This document shows positions 11,395 through 21,174 of a DNA stretch of 64,000 nucleotides, piece after piece. Source of the stretch: an uncultured Holophagales bacterium. GTDB lineage: Bacteria; Acidobacteriota; Thermoanaerobaculia; Multivoradales; UBA5704. How positions within the stretch are numbered: position 1 is the stretch's first letter; every line of letters begins with the position of its first letter. The stretch spans positions 1,792,001 through 1,856,000 of the forward strand of contig CAWJGT010000009.1 of assembly GCA_963842525.1 (NCBI GenBank). Reading direction: 5' to 3'. The position numbers and the translations under genes are program-made. Under the pieces are notes generated by a model. That model made no database searches. It was not told the origin of the DNA and saw only the letters and a list, made by a program, of their open reading frames with translations.

Positions 11395-11979
11395 ATGCGG
11401 ATCGGGCCCGTACGTCTCGAAGGCAGGATCATTCGCCTGGAGCCGCTCTCCCTGGAGCACGCTCCGGGGCTCTACCCGCACGCGGACCCTGAGGTCTTCC
11501 GGTGGACGCTGGAGTTCCCGCGCGACGAAAGCTTCGAGGCTTTCGCGGACTGGCTGCGCAGCACCACGATCGAGGCGCCCGCTTCCCTCCCCTTCGCGAT
11601 CGTCCTTGCGGCCACCGGAGAGTCGATCGGCTCGACCAGCTTCCTGGAGATCCGGCCGCAGCACCATGGGCTGGAGATCGGCCGCACCTGGATCGGCAAG
11701 GCCTTCCAGGGCACGGCGGTCAACCCCGAGAGCAAGTACCTCCTCCTGCGCCACGCCTTCGAGACCCTGGGCGCCGCGCGGGTCCAGTTCAAAACCGACC
11801 TCAACAACCTCCACAGCCAGCGGGCCATCGAAAAGCTCGGCGCCCAGCGCGAGGGCGTGCTCCGCCGCTACCAGGTGCGCTCCAACGGCCTGCACCGCGA
11901 CACGGTCATGTACAGCCTGATCGCCGAAGAATGGCCCGAGGTCAAGGAGCGGCTGGAGGCTCGGCTGGCGGCACACTGA
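11395..11979 (+). CDS. GNAT N-acetyltransferase (RimJ/RimL-like)
   Basis: ATG at 11395; LEIGRTWI, NPESKYLLLRHAFE, N..SQRAIEKLGA.REGVLR, RDTVMYS. Confidence 0.9.
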   Translation: MRIGPVRLEGRIIRLEPLSLEHAPGLYPHADPEVFRWTLEFPRDESFEAFADWLRSTTIEAPASLPFAIVLAATGESIGSTSFLEIRPQHHGLEIGRTWIGKAFQGTAVNPESKYLLLRHAFETLGAARVQFKTDLNNLHSQRAIEKLGAQREGVLRRYQVRSNGLHRDTVMYSLIAEEWPEVKERLEARLAAH

Positions 11980-13084
11980 AGACGAACGCCTCCAGGAACG
12001 CCTGCGCGAAGGGAGCCTTCTCGACCTCGGCCTTGTCGAGCGGGTTGTCCCACCAGATCCCTTCGCCGTTGGACAGCAGGATCAGCGTCAGCGACTTCGC
12101 CGGGACCTTGAGGTAGAGCGCCGAGAACCCGCGGTCCGGATCCCAGCCGGAGTGCCAGTAGAGCTTTTCGTCCCGATAGTCCTGCACGTACCAGCCGAAG
12201 GCGTAGGGGAGCACGGTTCCGTCCGGCGCCTTGGCCGGTGTGAACAGCTTCTCCATGACGGCTTTGGACGCCAGAGCCCCGCTGTCGAGCGCGATGTCGT
12301 ACCGGGCCAGGTCCTCGACGGTCGAGACGATGCCCGCGCCGCCGGCGAGATGGCGGTCCGGCCGCGGACGCTTGAGGAATTCCCCTTCGGTGCTGATCCC
12401 GAAGCCCTCCGCCACGTCGAAGTAGACCAGGGCCTTGTCGCGTTGCCACTGGCTCGCCATGGTGCGGCGCATGCCGGCAGGTTCCAGGATCCGAGCCTCC
12501 ACGAGCTGCGCCATGGTGTTGTGCCGGCCCTCGACCGTGTCCACCGAGCGGCCGTTCTTGTGCTCGATGTAGCGCGACAGCCGCGAGTAGAGGACGGGGT
12601 TATAGAGGAAGCGGGTCCCCGGTTGTCCGTTGGCTGTATGGTTGAGGATGTTCCGGATCGTGATCGGCGCCGTGCAGCGCAAGTCCTTTCCGAAGGGGAG
12701 GCCGGAGCCGGCGAGCCATTCGCAGAGGTCCATCCATTTCGGGACGTCGTTGATGCTGTCGTCGAGGCTGATCTTGCCATCCGCTTCGAGCTGCAGGAAG
12801 AGGAGGCCGAGGAAGGTTTTGGTCACCGAGGCGATCCAGAAGGGAGTGTCCGGCGTGACCGGCACCTCCCGGTCCGCATCCGCGAACCCGTAGCCCTTGG
12901 ACCAGGCCAGCTTGCGGTCCTTGACGATCGCCGCCGCGAGGCCCGGGAGCTTGTGCTCGCGGCGCAACGCGTCGAGACGGGCCTCGAAGGCCGGTAGGCT
13001 CTTTTCGAACGCCACGGGCTCGGCGCCCGCGGGCAGGACTGACGCCAGGAGGAGCAATGGCAGCAGAACGGAGACGTGTTTCAT
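11942..13084 (-). CDS. Serine hydrolase, beta-lactamase class C family
   Basis: Signal peptide; SxxK motif (IASVTK), FLYNP, WHSG. Confidence 0.88.
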   Translation of the reverse strand: MKHVSVLLPLLLLASVLPAGAEPVAFEKSLPAFEARLDALRREHKLPGLAAAIVKDRKLAWSKGYGFADADREVPVTPDTPFWIASVTKTFLGLLFLQLEADGKISLDDSINDVPKWMDLCEWLAGSGLPFGKDLRCTAPITIRNILNHTANGQPGTRFLYNPVLYSRLSRYIEHKNGRSVDTVEGRHNTMAQLVEARILEPAGMRRTMASQWQRDKALVYFDVAEGFGISTEGEFLKRPRPDRHLAGGAGIVSTVEDLARYDIALDSGALASKAVMEKLFTPAKAPDGTVLPYAFGWYVQDYRDEKLYWHSGWDPDRGFSALYLKVPAKSLTLILLSNGEGIWWDNPLDKAEVEKAPFAQAFLEAFVFSVPPAEPPAAP

Positions 13085-13193
13085 GAACGCTATTCTAATG
13101 CCGGCCCCGCTCTCGAGCAGCCCTCGCCCCGGGTGTCAACCCGGGGTGAGGGCTCCGATATAGAATCTCCGCCTCTCCGAGTCCGGTGACGCC

Positions 13194-13799
13194 ATGAAAG
13201 CTCCACGCCCGCGCAAGTCTTCCTTCGACGCCTCCTACTACAGGAAGTACTACGAGAACGCGCGCACCCGCGTCGCCGACCCGGCGAGCTGCGCGTCCCT
13301 TGCCGGCTTCGTCTTCGCTTATCTGGAGTACCTGCGCGTGCCGGTCGAGCGGGTGCTGGACATCGGCTGCGGGGTCGGCTTCTGGCGCCAGGAGGTGCTG
13401 CGGCGCTATCCCGCGGCGCAGTACGTCGGCGTCGAGAAGAGCAACTATGCCTGCCGCAAGTACGGCTGGGAGCAGGGGAGCCTCATCGACTACGAGCCGG
13501 CCGAGCCCTTCGACCTGGTCATCTGCCAGGGCGTGTTCCAGTACCTGGACGACGCCGAGGCGCAGGCCGCGATCCGCCGGCTGCCGCGCCTCACCCGGTC
13601 CGCCCTCTACCTCGAGATCCTCACCCACGGCGACTGGGAGCGCAACTGCAACCAGAGCCTCACCGACGGGTCGGTCCACCTGCGCAGCGTCTCCTGGTAC
13701 CGGCGGCGCCTGCGGCGCCGCTTCCTGGAATGCGGCGGCGGCCTGTTTCTCAACAGGAACACGCCGCCTGTACTTTTCGAGCTGGAATACCTCGGGTGA
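13194..13799 (+). CDS. Class I SAM-dependent methyltransferase
   Basis: VLDIGCGVG and FDLVICQGVFQYL motifs. Confidence 0.85.
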   Translation: MKAPRPRKSSFDASYYRKYYENARTRVADPASCASLAGFVFAYLEYLRVPVERVLDIGCGVGFWRQEVLRRYPAAQYVGVEKSNYACRKYGWEQGSLIDYEPAEPFDLVICQGVFQYLDDAEAQAAIRRLPRLTRSALYLEILTHGDWERNCNQSLTDGSVHLRSVSWYRRRLRRRFLECGGGLFLNRNTPPVLFELEYLG

Positions 13800-14244
13800 C
13801 GGCTTAGATACCGCAGGCGCGGCAGTCGGACGGGGTCGTCGTGGGGCAGACGCTCTGATCCGACCAGCCTTCAGCGCCTGCGACCTTCCCCAGATCCCGG
13901 CCGCTCAACTGGATGAGCGTTTCTTTCGTCAGCAAGAGCTTTTTCACACTCTTCTTTTGCATGACCCCTCTCTCTTTCATGGCCGAATTCGCCTTGTTGG
14001 GGCCGTTTCCCCGGCCCGGTGGTTGCCTACAAGGAGATACGTACCGCAGCCTGATTATGTTTGGATTCCCAACGAATTCATAGCCACATCCGTATAACTC
14101 TCGAGGACTGGCTCCTCATTCGCTGCAGAACAGCCCACCTCCCTCGCCCCCTCTCCCCTGTCTGGGAAGGGGGCCCCTCCTTGGCACGCAAGTTGCCGTC
14201 CTCCAGGGTGGACGCGTTGTGGTCGCCGCGGAAAGGAGGAGCAG

Positions 14245-15168
14245 ATGGATCCGAGCCGAGCCTGGAACCTGGTCGCCCGCAAGCTCGCGGGGTGGGTGCG
14301 GGACTTCATCCTCCTGCTCCCCAATCTGGCTCTGGCTGTGGTCATCCTGGTTGCCTTCTGGGCCGGCGCGCGGCTGGTGCGCAACCTCCTGCTGCGGCTG
14401 CTTCGCCGCATCTCGCACAGCGACGAGGTCAACCGCTTCGTCGCCCAGGCGGTCTACATCGCGATCCTGGGGGGAGGCGTATTCGTCTCCCTGGGCATCC
14501 TGGGGCTCCAGAAGACGGTCGCCTCGCTGCTGGCCGGAGCCGGCATCCTTGGCATCGCCCTGGGCTTCGCCTTCCAGGACATCGCCGCCAACTTCATGGC
14601 CGGCATCTACATGTCGGTCCAACGGCCGTTCCGCCCCGGCGACCTCATCAAGACCAAGGACTTCTTCGGCGTCGTCCAGGAGATCAACCTGCGCTGGACC
14701 GAGATCCTCACCCCGCAGGGCCAGCTCGTCCTCCTCCCCAACAAGGAGGTCTTCGAGAACCCGCTCATGAACTACTCCATCCGGGGTACACGGCGGGTCG
14801 ACCTCTCGGTCGGAGTGTCGTACGGCGACGACCTCGAAAAGGCGCGGCGCGTGGCGATCGAGGCCGTCGAAGCGATCGCGTCCCGCGTCCCGGACCGCGA
14901 CGTCGAGCTCTTCTACGAGGAATTCGGTGACAGCTCCATCAATTTCACCCTCCGCTTCTGGATCCCCTTCCGCAATCAGGCCGACTATCTGGCGGCCCGC
15001 AGCGAAGCCATCGAGCGCCTGAGGACGGCGTTCAACGCCAACGGCATCACCATTCCGTTCCCGACCCGCTCGATCGACTTCAACGTCAAGGGTGGACGGA
15101 CTCTCGACGAGGTCCTGGAGGAAGCCGTGATCGCGCGGGTGGAGGTGGGGGAGCCGTCGCGTCGCTGA
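14245..15168 (+). CDS. Small-conductance mechanosensitive channel (MscS family)
   Basis: GAGILGIALGFAFQD, RPFRPGDLI, FGDSSINF, GITIPFP. Confidence 0.92.
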   Translation: MDPSRAWNLVARKLAGWVRDFILLLPNLALAVVILVAFWAGARLVRNLLLRLLRRISHSDEVNRFVAQAVYIAILGGGVFVSLGILGLQKTVASLLAGAGILGIALGFAFQDIAANFMAGIYMSVQRPFRPGDLIKTKDFFGVVQEINLRWTEILTPQGQLVLLPNKEVFENPLMNYSIRGTRRVDLSVGVSYGDDLEKARRVAIEAVEAIASRVPDRDVELFYEEFGDSSINFTLRFWIPFRNQADYLAARSEAIERLRTAFNANGITIPFPTRSIDFNVKGGRTLDEVLEEAVIARVEVGEPSRR

Positions 15169-15222
15169 AGGTGCCCTGGCCCCCATAGGCGCTAACTTAC
15201 CCACCCCGCCGTGGGCGCCACC

Positions 15223-15387
15223 CACTGTAGAGACGCCCCGTGGGGCGTCTCCGAGGCGGCAAAGACGGACCGAATTGAAAGGCGTTGGATCGAGCGCGGT
15301 GTCGACGGCCGGGTGACCGCGCACCTGCGCTGGTCTCTGGAACGATGGCGCCGCTACGGAGACGCCCCACGGGGCGTCTCTACAGTG
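15223..15387. repeat. REPIN-like pair of perfect 31-bp inverted repeats, each internally palindromic
   Basis: cactgtagagacgccccgtggggcgtctccg (15223-15253) and its exact reverse complement (15357-15387); GTAG-type REP head. Confidence 0.85.
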
Positions 15388-15445
15388 ACCGGCAAGCGCC
15401 GAGGCAACGGTAGGTTAGAGTCTAGCTGCCAGACCGCAGGCCCAG

Positions 15446-15740
15446 CTACGGGACAAGGATTGCCTCTGCCTCGACCAGAGGCTTCGCCCAGGGCTTCAAC
15501 GCCTTCTTCATGACGAGATCCACCCGCCGCCCCAGAAGGTCTTCGAGCAAGAACTTGAGACTCATATAGTCGGTCAGCCCCGGCGTTTCACGAAACTCAA
15601 CCAAGACGTCCTACATCGCTTTCCGGTCCGGCTTCGTCCCGAACCATCGATCCAAAGAGAGCGAGAGAGCAGACGCCAAAGCGCTCCTCCAACTCCTGCC
15701 GGTGTAAGGAGAGAAAGCTGATCACCTCATCGCGTTTCAT
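15446..15740 (-). pseudogene. Minimal nucleotidyltransferase (MNT antitoxin) with two frameshifts; HEPN partner apparently lost
   Basis: Manual translation: MKRDEVISFLSLHRQELEERFGVCSLALFGSMVRDEAGPESDV/DVLVEF...LEDLLG/VDLVMKKALKPW...EAEAILVP*. Confidence 0.75.
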
Positions 15741-15825
15741 GACCTGGAGATCTTATCAAGGGTGGAGCACCGGTCGCAGGTGGCGCCCGAGAAGGGCCGG
15801 GGGTAAGGTAAGCTCAGCACAAATT

Positions 15826-16775
15826 GCCGCCTGCTCGCCCATGCCGAGCCCGAGGAGCTGCTGCGCGGCGTCGAAGGCAAGGTCTGGGAGTGGGTGCTCC
15901 CCAGCGCCGAGCTGCCGGCCGCGCGCGAGCGGTGGAAGATCAGCGGCACCCTCCGCCGGGCCGACGGGGTCCACGCCCGGGTGGTCTCGGCCGTGCCACC
16001 GTCGCCGGCCGCTACACCGCTCCCGCCGAGCCTGGAGGACGCCTACCTGGACGTGCTCGAGGGGCACCGCGAAGGCCGCCCGATGCAGCCGATGGAGAAG
16101 ACGGAGAAGGTGGCATGAGCCGGGCGCGCGTTCTCTGGCATCTCCTGCGCGCCGACTTCCTCGAGCGTGTGCGGCGCTACAGCTTCCTCTTCACCCTGGC
16201 GCTCGCCGCGTGGCTCGGCTGGCTGGTCGCCACCGGCACGATCGGGCTGTGGATCGGCGACGCCCGCGGCGTCTACAACTCGGCCTGGATCGGCACCGCG
16301 CCATGCAGTCGCCCAACATCCCGGACTTCGTCGGGATCGGGCCGGTCAACAAGGCTTTGCAGCAGGTGGTCGATGCGGCCTTCGGCAAGGCCGACCGCGG
16401 CTTCACCCTCGGCGGGATCAAGATCGACAAGCCGAGGACCTTCCATTGGGATGGGATGGACTGGACGGGAGACGTCCTCTTCGGCCGGCTGTTCTGGGTG
16501 GCGGTCGCCTTCGGCGTGTCCCTCCTTGCCGCCCTCTTCTTCGACCGCTTCGATCCGGCGCGCCACCGGCTCCGCCCCGAGCGGCGACGCAAGACCGCGG
16601 CGGCCGTCGAGCCGGTGGACGCTTCCGGACCCAAGGAGGCGCTGCCGGCCGTTCACCTGACCCCGCTGCCCGCGGGAGCCTTCCGGTTGGGATGCCGCTG
16701 GTCTATCTGGGAGTCACCGCGCTGCTGGCCGCCGCAGCGGTGGCCGGGCGGCGGCGGCAGATCCTGGCCGGCTAG
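15826..16775 (+). pseudogene. Remnants of an ABC-2 exporter: ATPase 3' end (to 16118) and internally deleted permease (16115-16775)
   Basis: RLLAHAEPEELL...PPSLEDAYL ATPase tail with no Walker motifs; MSRARVLWHLLRADFLERVRR permease start; disjoint hydrophobic pieces in other frames. Confidence 0.65.
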
Positions 16776-16854
16776 GTGAAACACCCCCGTGTTTCGTCAC
16801 GGTTTGACGCGAAACACGGCCGTGTTTATGATTTCGGCTCTGGAGCGCTGTGCC

Positions 16855-18219
16855 ATGTACCTGCCCCGCAGCATCGACGCAATCTTGCTTGCATGGACCC
16901 AGGAGGTTGACCGCAAGCCTCTCGTGCTTCGCGGTGCACGCCAGACCGGCAAGACCGAGGCGGTGCGCCGACTGGCTGAGCATTTCGAGCTGTTCCTCGA
17001 GCTCAACCTCGAACGCTTCGAAGACCTCTCGCTGGTCCGCTCCTGCCGCTCGGCCGGCGAGCTCCTCACCGCGCTCGCGGCGCGCCACAATGTGGAGCGT
17101 TTCCCGGTCCGCACGTTGCTGTTTCTCGACGAGATCCAGGAAAGCCCTGAAGCGGTGGCCTGGCTGCGCTTTCTGCGCGAGGATCACCCGGACCTGTACG
17201 TCATAGCGGCCGGGTCATTGCTCGAGGTACGCCTTCAGGAGCGGGGATTCTCGTTTCCCGTCGGCCGGGTCACGTTCCGCGTGCTGCGGCCCTTCACCTT
17301 CTTCGAGTTCCTGACGGCGAGCGAGCGAGGAGTGCTCGCTCAGCACCTGGCCGCAGCGGTCAGCGAGGGACGGCCGGTCCCTCCGGCGCTCGACGAGCAG
17401 GCGCGCGAGCTGCTGCGCGACTACTTGCTGGTCGGCGGCATGCCCGAGGCGGTTGCACGCTGGGTCGCCGAGCACAACCCGGCCGCCGTACGTAGCGTCC
17501 ACCGCGACCTTGTCCAGGCGCTTGCCGAAGACCTCCAGCGCTTCGGCAACCTGCGCGAGGCCGGCTATCTCGAGGCGGCCTTCGAGAATCTCCGCCACCA
17601 CTATGGGCTGCGCTTCCGTTACGAAAACTTCGCTCCGGGCTACCGCAGTCAACTGATGAAGAATGCCCTCGGCAAGCTCGAAGCGGCGCTCCTCATCCAT
17701 CGCGCCTTGCCGACGAGCTCCATGGAGCTGCCCTTGCGCGAGAAGCCGCGCTCGGCTGCCAAGCTGCTTCCGCTCGACGTGGGGCTGGCACTCCATACCA
17801 TGGGCTCGGGGTTCGAGACCGTGCGCAGCCTGCCCCTCGGCCAGCTCCTGGACGGGCGCATCGCTGAGGTCTTCGCCGGCCAGCAGTTGCTGGCCGCAGC
17901 CCCTGGTTTTCCGGGCGAGCTCTTCTTCTGGGTCAGCGAGTCGCCGCGCAGCAATGCCGAAGTCGACTACTTGGTGCCGATCGAGGGCCGGCCGGTGCCG
18001 GTCGAGGTCAAGTCGGCGGCGGCCGGCTCGCTCAAGTCCCTCCACCAGTTTCTCTGGCGCGCCGGCCAGTCGACCGGCATCCGCCTCTACGCTGGACCTT
18101 TCGCCGACGAGCGGCTCAAGGTGCAAATGCCCGAAGGCGAGCTCGCTTACCGGCTCCTCTCGCTGCCTGTCTATCTTGCCGAGAAGCTGCCGGCTTTGAA
18201 TCTTCATGCCTCAGGTTGA
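16855..18219 (+). CDS. AAA+ ATPase with C-terminal DUF4143 nuclease-like domain
   Basis: RGARQTGKT, LFLDEIQ, AAGSLL, VGGMPE, EVDY...PVEVKS. Confidence 0.88.
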   Translation: MYLPRSIDAILLAWTQEVDRKPLVLRGARQTGKTEAVRRLAEHFELFLELNLERFEDLSLVRSCRSAGELLTALAARHNVERFPVRTLLFLDEIQESPEAVAWLRFLREDHPDLYVIAAGSLLEVRLQERGFSFPVGRVTFRVLRPFTFFEFLTASERGVLAQHLAAAVSEGRPVPPALDEQARELLRDYLLVGGMPEAVARWVAEHNPAAVRSVHRDLVQALAEDLQRFGNLREAGYLEAAFENLRHHYGLRFRYENFAPGYRSQLMKNALGKLEAALLIHRALPTSSMELPLREKPRSAAKLLPLDVGLALHTMGSGFETVRSLPLGQLLDGRIAEVFAGQQLLAAAPGFPGELFFWVSESPRSNAEVDYLVPIEGRPVPVEVKSAAAGSLKSLHQFLWRAGQSTGIRLYAGPFADERLKVQMPEGELAYRLLSLPVYLAEKLPALNLHASG

Positions 18220-18266
18220 CGCGAGACGCTACGTCCTCTCTGGGGCGTTGAGACGGCCCGACGACT

Positions 18267-18533
18267 GTGGACCCGCGGGTTGGATGGTATGGCCGTGACA
18301 TCTCGGTCTACCTGCGCCGCCTGCACGCCGAAGGCCGCCTCCGCCGCCTACGCTGTGGGGCTACCGGGCTCGAGGCGCGGCAGATCGTCCTCGACATGCT
18401 CGGCGAGCGCTTCGGAGCGGTTCCCGATCGGGTTCTGCGCCAAGTTGAAGAGATCGAGTCCCTGGATCGCCTGCGCTTCCTCGTGAGAAAGGTGATGAAG
18501 GCACAGTCCCTCGCCGAGATCGGGCTCGGCTGA
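18267..18533 (+). other. Rpn/DUF4351-like C-terminal fragment or small protein
   Basis: IVLDMLGERFGAVPDRVLRQVEEIESLDRL...AQSLAEIGL resembles the C-terminal helical tail of Rpn-family proteins; start uncertain. Confidence 0.5.
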
Positions 18534-18607
18534 AGTGACTCAAGATCGTTGCGGACGCGGTCATCTCGACTAGAATCACCGCGAAACCCCGTACCCGGGA
18601 GGCCCGC

Positions 18608-20071
18608 ATGCCCCGTAGCTTTCGGTCGATTTGTGTTCTGTCGCTTCTCCTGCTGACCCTGCCTTGGCTGGCGGTCGCCAAGCCGGCGGCCAAAGCGCCG
18701 AAGCCCGACCCCGACAAGGATGTGGCCGTCGGCTCAGTCGAGCGGCAACGCCCGGAGCTCGTCCGCCTCTCCGACCAGATCTGGACCTATGCCGAGACGG
18801 CGTTGCGCGAGACCCGGTCGTCCAAGGCGCTCGCCGAGCATGCGGAGCAGCAGGGGTTCCGGGTCGAGCGCGGCGTGGCCGGCATGCCGACGGCTTTCGT
18901 GGCCAGCTATGGCGAGGGGCGGCCGGTGATCGGCATCCTGGGCGAGTACGACGCCCTGCCGGGGATCTCGCAGAAGGCGCAGCCGACCAAGGAGCCGCTG
19001 GAGGCTGGCGCGGGCGGGCACGGCTGCGGGCACAACCTGTTCGGCGTCGCCAGCCTGGGCGCGGCCACCGCGATCAAGGAGCTGATCGCCGCCGGCAAGC
19101 TCAAGGGGACCATCCGCTTCTATGGCACCCCGGCGGAGGAGTCGGTCGGCGGCAAGCTCTACATGGTCCGCGACGGGCTCTTCAAGGACGTCGACGTCAT
19201 CCTTGCCTGGCATCCGTCCGTCGAGATCCGCGCCGACACCCAGAGCACCCAGGCGCTGGTCGACTTCGTCGTGGAGTTCAAGGGCAGGGCGGCCCACGCC
19301 GCCTTCGACCCCTGGAACGGCCGCAGCGCGCTCGACGCCGCCGAGCTCTTCACGCATGGCCTCAACCTGATGCGCGAGCACGTCCAGCCCAGCGTCCGCA
19401 TGCACTACGTCATCCAGAACGGCGGCGACGTACCCAACGTGATCCCCGAGCACGCCCGGATCTGGTGCTGGGTGCGGGACTCGAAACACGCCTCGGTCGA
19501 TACGCTGTTGGAGAGGGTGCGCAAGATCGTCCAGGGCGCGGCCCTCGCCGCCGAGGTCGAAGGGACGCTCACGGTGCAGTCGGGCGACTACGAGATGCTG
19601 CCCAACATGGCCGGCGCGAAGCTCCTCCAGGCCAACCTGGATTGGCTCGGGCCGATTCAGTTCACGCCGGAGGAGCAGGAGTTCGCGAAGACGCTCCAGC
19701 GCGAGACCGGCGTCGTAGCCAAGGGGCTCGACGGCGAGGTCAAGCCCCTCGACGAGCATCCCGGACCCCCGGACGGCGGCTCGACCGACGTGGCCGACGT
19801 GAGCTGGAACGTGCCGGTCATCCACCTCTCGGTCACCACCGGGGCCACGGGCGCGCCCTGGCACGCCTGGCCGGAGGTGGCCTGCGCCGGCATGTCCATC
19901 GGCCACAAGGGAATGACCTACGCCGCCAAGGCGCTGGCCGCCACGGCGATCGACCTTTTCAAGAGCCCGAACCACCGCAACGCCATCCGCCAGGAGCTCG
20001 AGGAGAAGACGAAGGGTCAGATCTACAAGGGTTATATCCCCGACGGTCCGCCGCCGATCCCGAAGGATTGA
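18608..20071 (+). CDS. Secreted M20 amidohydrolase (AbgB-like)
   Basis: GEYDALPG, GHGCGHNL, GTPAEE, GGSTDVADVSW. Confidence 0.92.
   Translation: MPRSFRSICVLSLLLLTLPWLAVAKPAAKAPKPDPDKDVAVGSVERQRPELVRLSDQIWTYAETALRETRSSKALAEHAEQQGFRVERGVAGMPTAFVASYGEGRPVIGILGEYDALPGISQKAQPTKEPLEAGAGGHGCGHNLFGVASLGAATAIKELIAAGKLKGTIRFYGTPAEESVGGKLYMVRDGLFKDVDVILAWHPSVEIRADTQSTQALVDFVVEFKGRAAHAAFDPWNGRSALDAAELFTHGLNLMREHVQPSVRMHYVIQNGGDVPNVIPEHARIWCWVRDSKHASVDTLLERVRKIVQGAALAAEVEGTLTVQSGDYEMLPNMAGAKLLQANLDWLGPIQFTPEEQEFAKTLQRETGVVAKGLDGEVKPLDEHPGPPDGGSTDVADVSWNVPVIHLSVTTGATGAPWHAWPEVACAGMSIGHKGMTYAAKALAATAIDLFKSPNHRNAIRQELEEKTKGQIYKGYIPDGPPPIPKD
19864..20071 (+). repeat. 208-bp direct repeat, copy 1 (3' end of the amidohydrolase gene)
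   Basis: Aligns ungapped to 23591-23798 with 9 mismatches. Confidence 0.95.
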
Positions 20072-20200
20072 CCGTCTTGAGCTCCTACCGGAAGACCTTC
20101 GAGGTCCGCTGGGCGGGCCTCGACCGCTCCTCTCGCCTCGAGCCTGCACAACTGTCATAATCCAGATGTGCCCCACTTTGTGGGCACAACAGGAGTGGTA

Positions 20201-20536
20201 ATGATGGAACCCCTTGATGTCTTCACCGTGCGGGACCTGCGTCAGCGGTCGGGGGACCTGCTTCGCGACGCCGAGCAAGGCAGGCTGTCCCTGATCACCA
20301 AACACGGCCGTCCGGCCATCCTGGCTGTGCCCTTCGACGAGCGTCTGCTGAGGTACGGAATTCATCGCGCTTTGGCCCTCCACCTGTTCGAAGCCGGACA
20401 GGTGACGCTCGCCCAGGGAGCCAGGCTGGCCGGCTTGCCGCTCGAAGCTTTCATCGAGCTCTTGGGCCAGACCGACATTCCAGCCGTGAGCTACCCTCCG
20501 GAGGATCTGGAGGACGAAGTCGAGGCCGCGCGTTGA
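20201..20536 (+). CDS. Antitoxin with Phd/YefM-like N-terminus and UPF0175 domain
   Basis: [15 protein letters not shown]...LITKHGRP followed by [21 protein letters not shown]. Confidence 0.8.
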   Translation: MMEPLDVFTVRDLRQRSGDLLRDAEQGRLSLITKHGRPAILAVPFDERLLRYGIHRALALHLFEAGQVTLAQGARLAGLPLEAFIELLGQTDIPAVSYPPEDLEDEVEAAR

Positions 20537-21042
20537 CCGACCTCCCCGTCGTGGCAGATGCCGGTCCTCTCATTGGCTTGGCGAGAGTCGGCCTCCTGGA
20601 TCTGCTGCGCCAGCTCTATGGAAAGGTCCTGGTCCCGGCCCAGGTTTTCGAAGAGCTCCAGACCTCCGAGGACCGGCCGGGGTCACGAGCGCTCCGTGCG
20701 GCCGTGGAAGAAGGTTGGCTCGAAGCGGCTCCCCGGGCCAGAGGCGAGGAGTTGGAGTTTCTGAGCCTTGCCCTCGGTCCTGGCGAGGCAGGTGCGATTC
20801 TGCTCTCGGGGCAACGCCCCTGCCGTTTTCTCCTGCTCGACGAGCGGCGCGGAAGGACAGTCGCGAAGAGGCGTGGGCTCAGGGTTGTCGGGACTGGCGG
20901 GGTCCTTCTCGCGGCCAAGCAGCAGGGGCTGATAGACCGAGTCTCGGAGGTGCTCGATCAGCTCGCCAAGAGCGGGTATCGGCTCTCCCCTGAGCTCCGG
21001 AACCAGATCCTGAACCTTGCCGGAGAGGCCGAGAACGCATAG
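20533..21042 (+). CDS. PIN-domain toxin, DUF3368 family
   Basis: [36 protein letters not shown]; overlaps the antitoxin stop. Confidence 0.85.
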   Translation: MTDLPVVADAGPLIGLARVGLLDLLRQLYGKVLVPAQVFEELQTSEDRPGSRALRAAVEEGWLEAAPRARGEELEFLSLALGPGEAGAILLSGQRPCRFLLLDERRGRTVAKRRGLRVVGTGGVLLAAKQQGLIDRVSEVLDQLAKSGYRLSPELRNQILNLAGEAENA

Positions 21043-21174
21043 GAGAGCCGGCGCCAATTCTCCCCCGATCTGGAGGACCCGTGGGATTGCGTTTACTACG
21101 ATTCGCCAAGACTTTTTGGAATACCTGTCGCCCTCCACTAGTCTCTCAGCGATCATTCACATGAGGATCAACCC

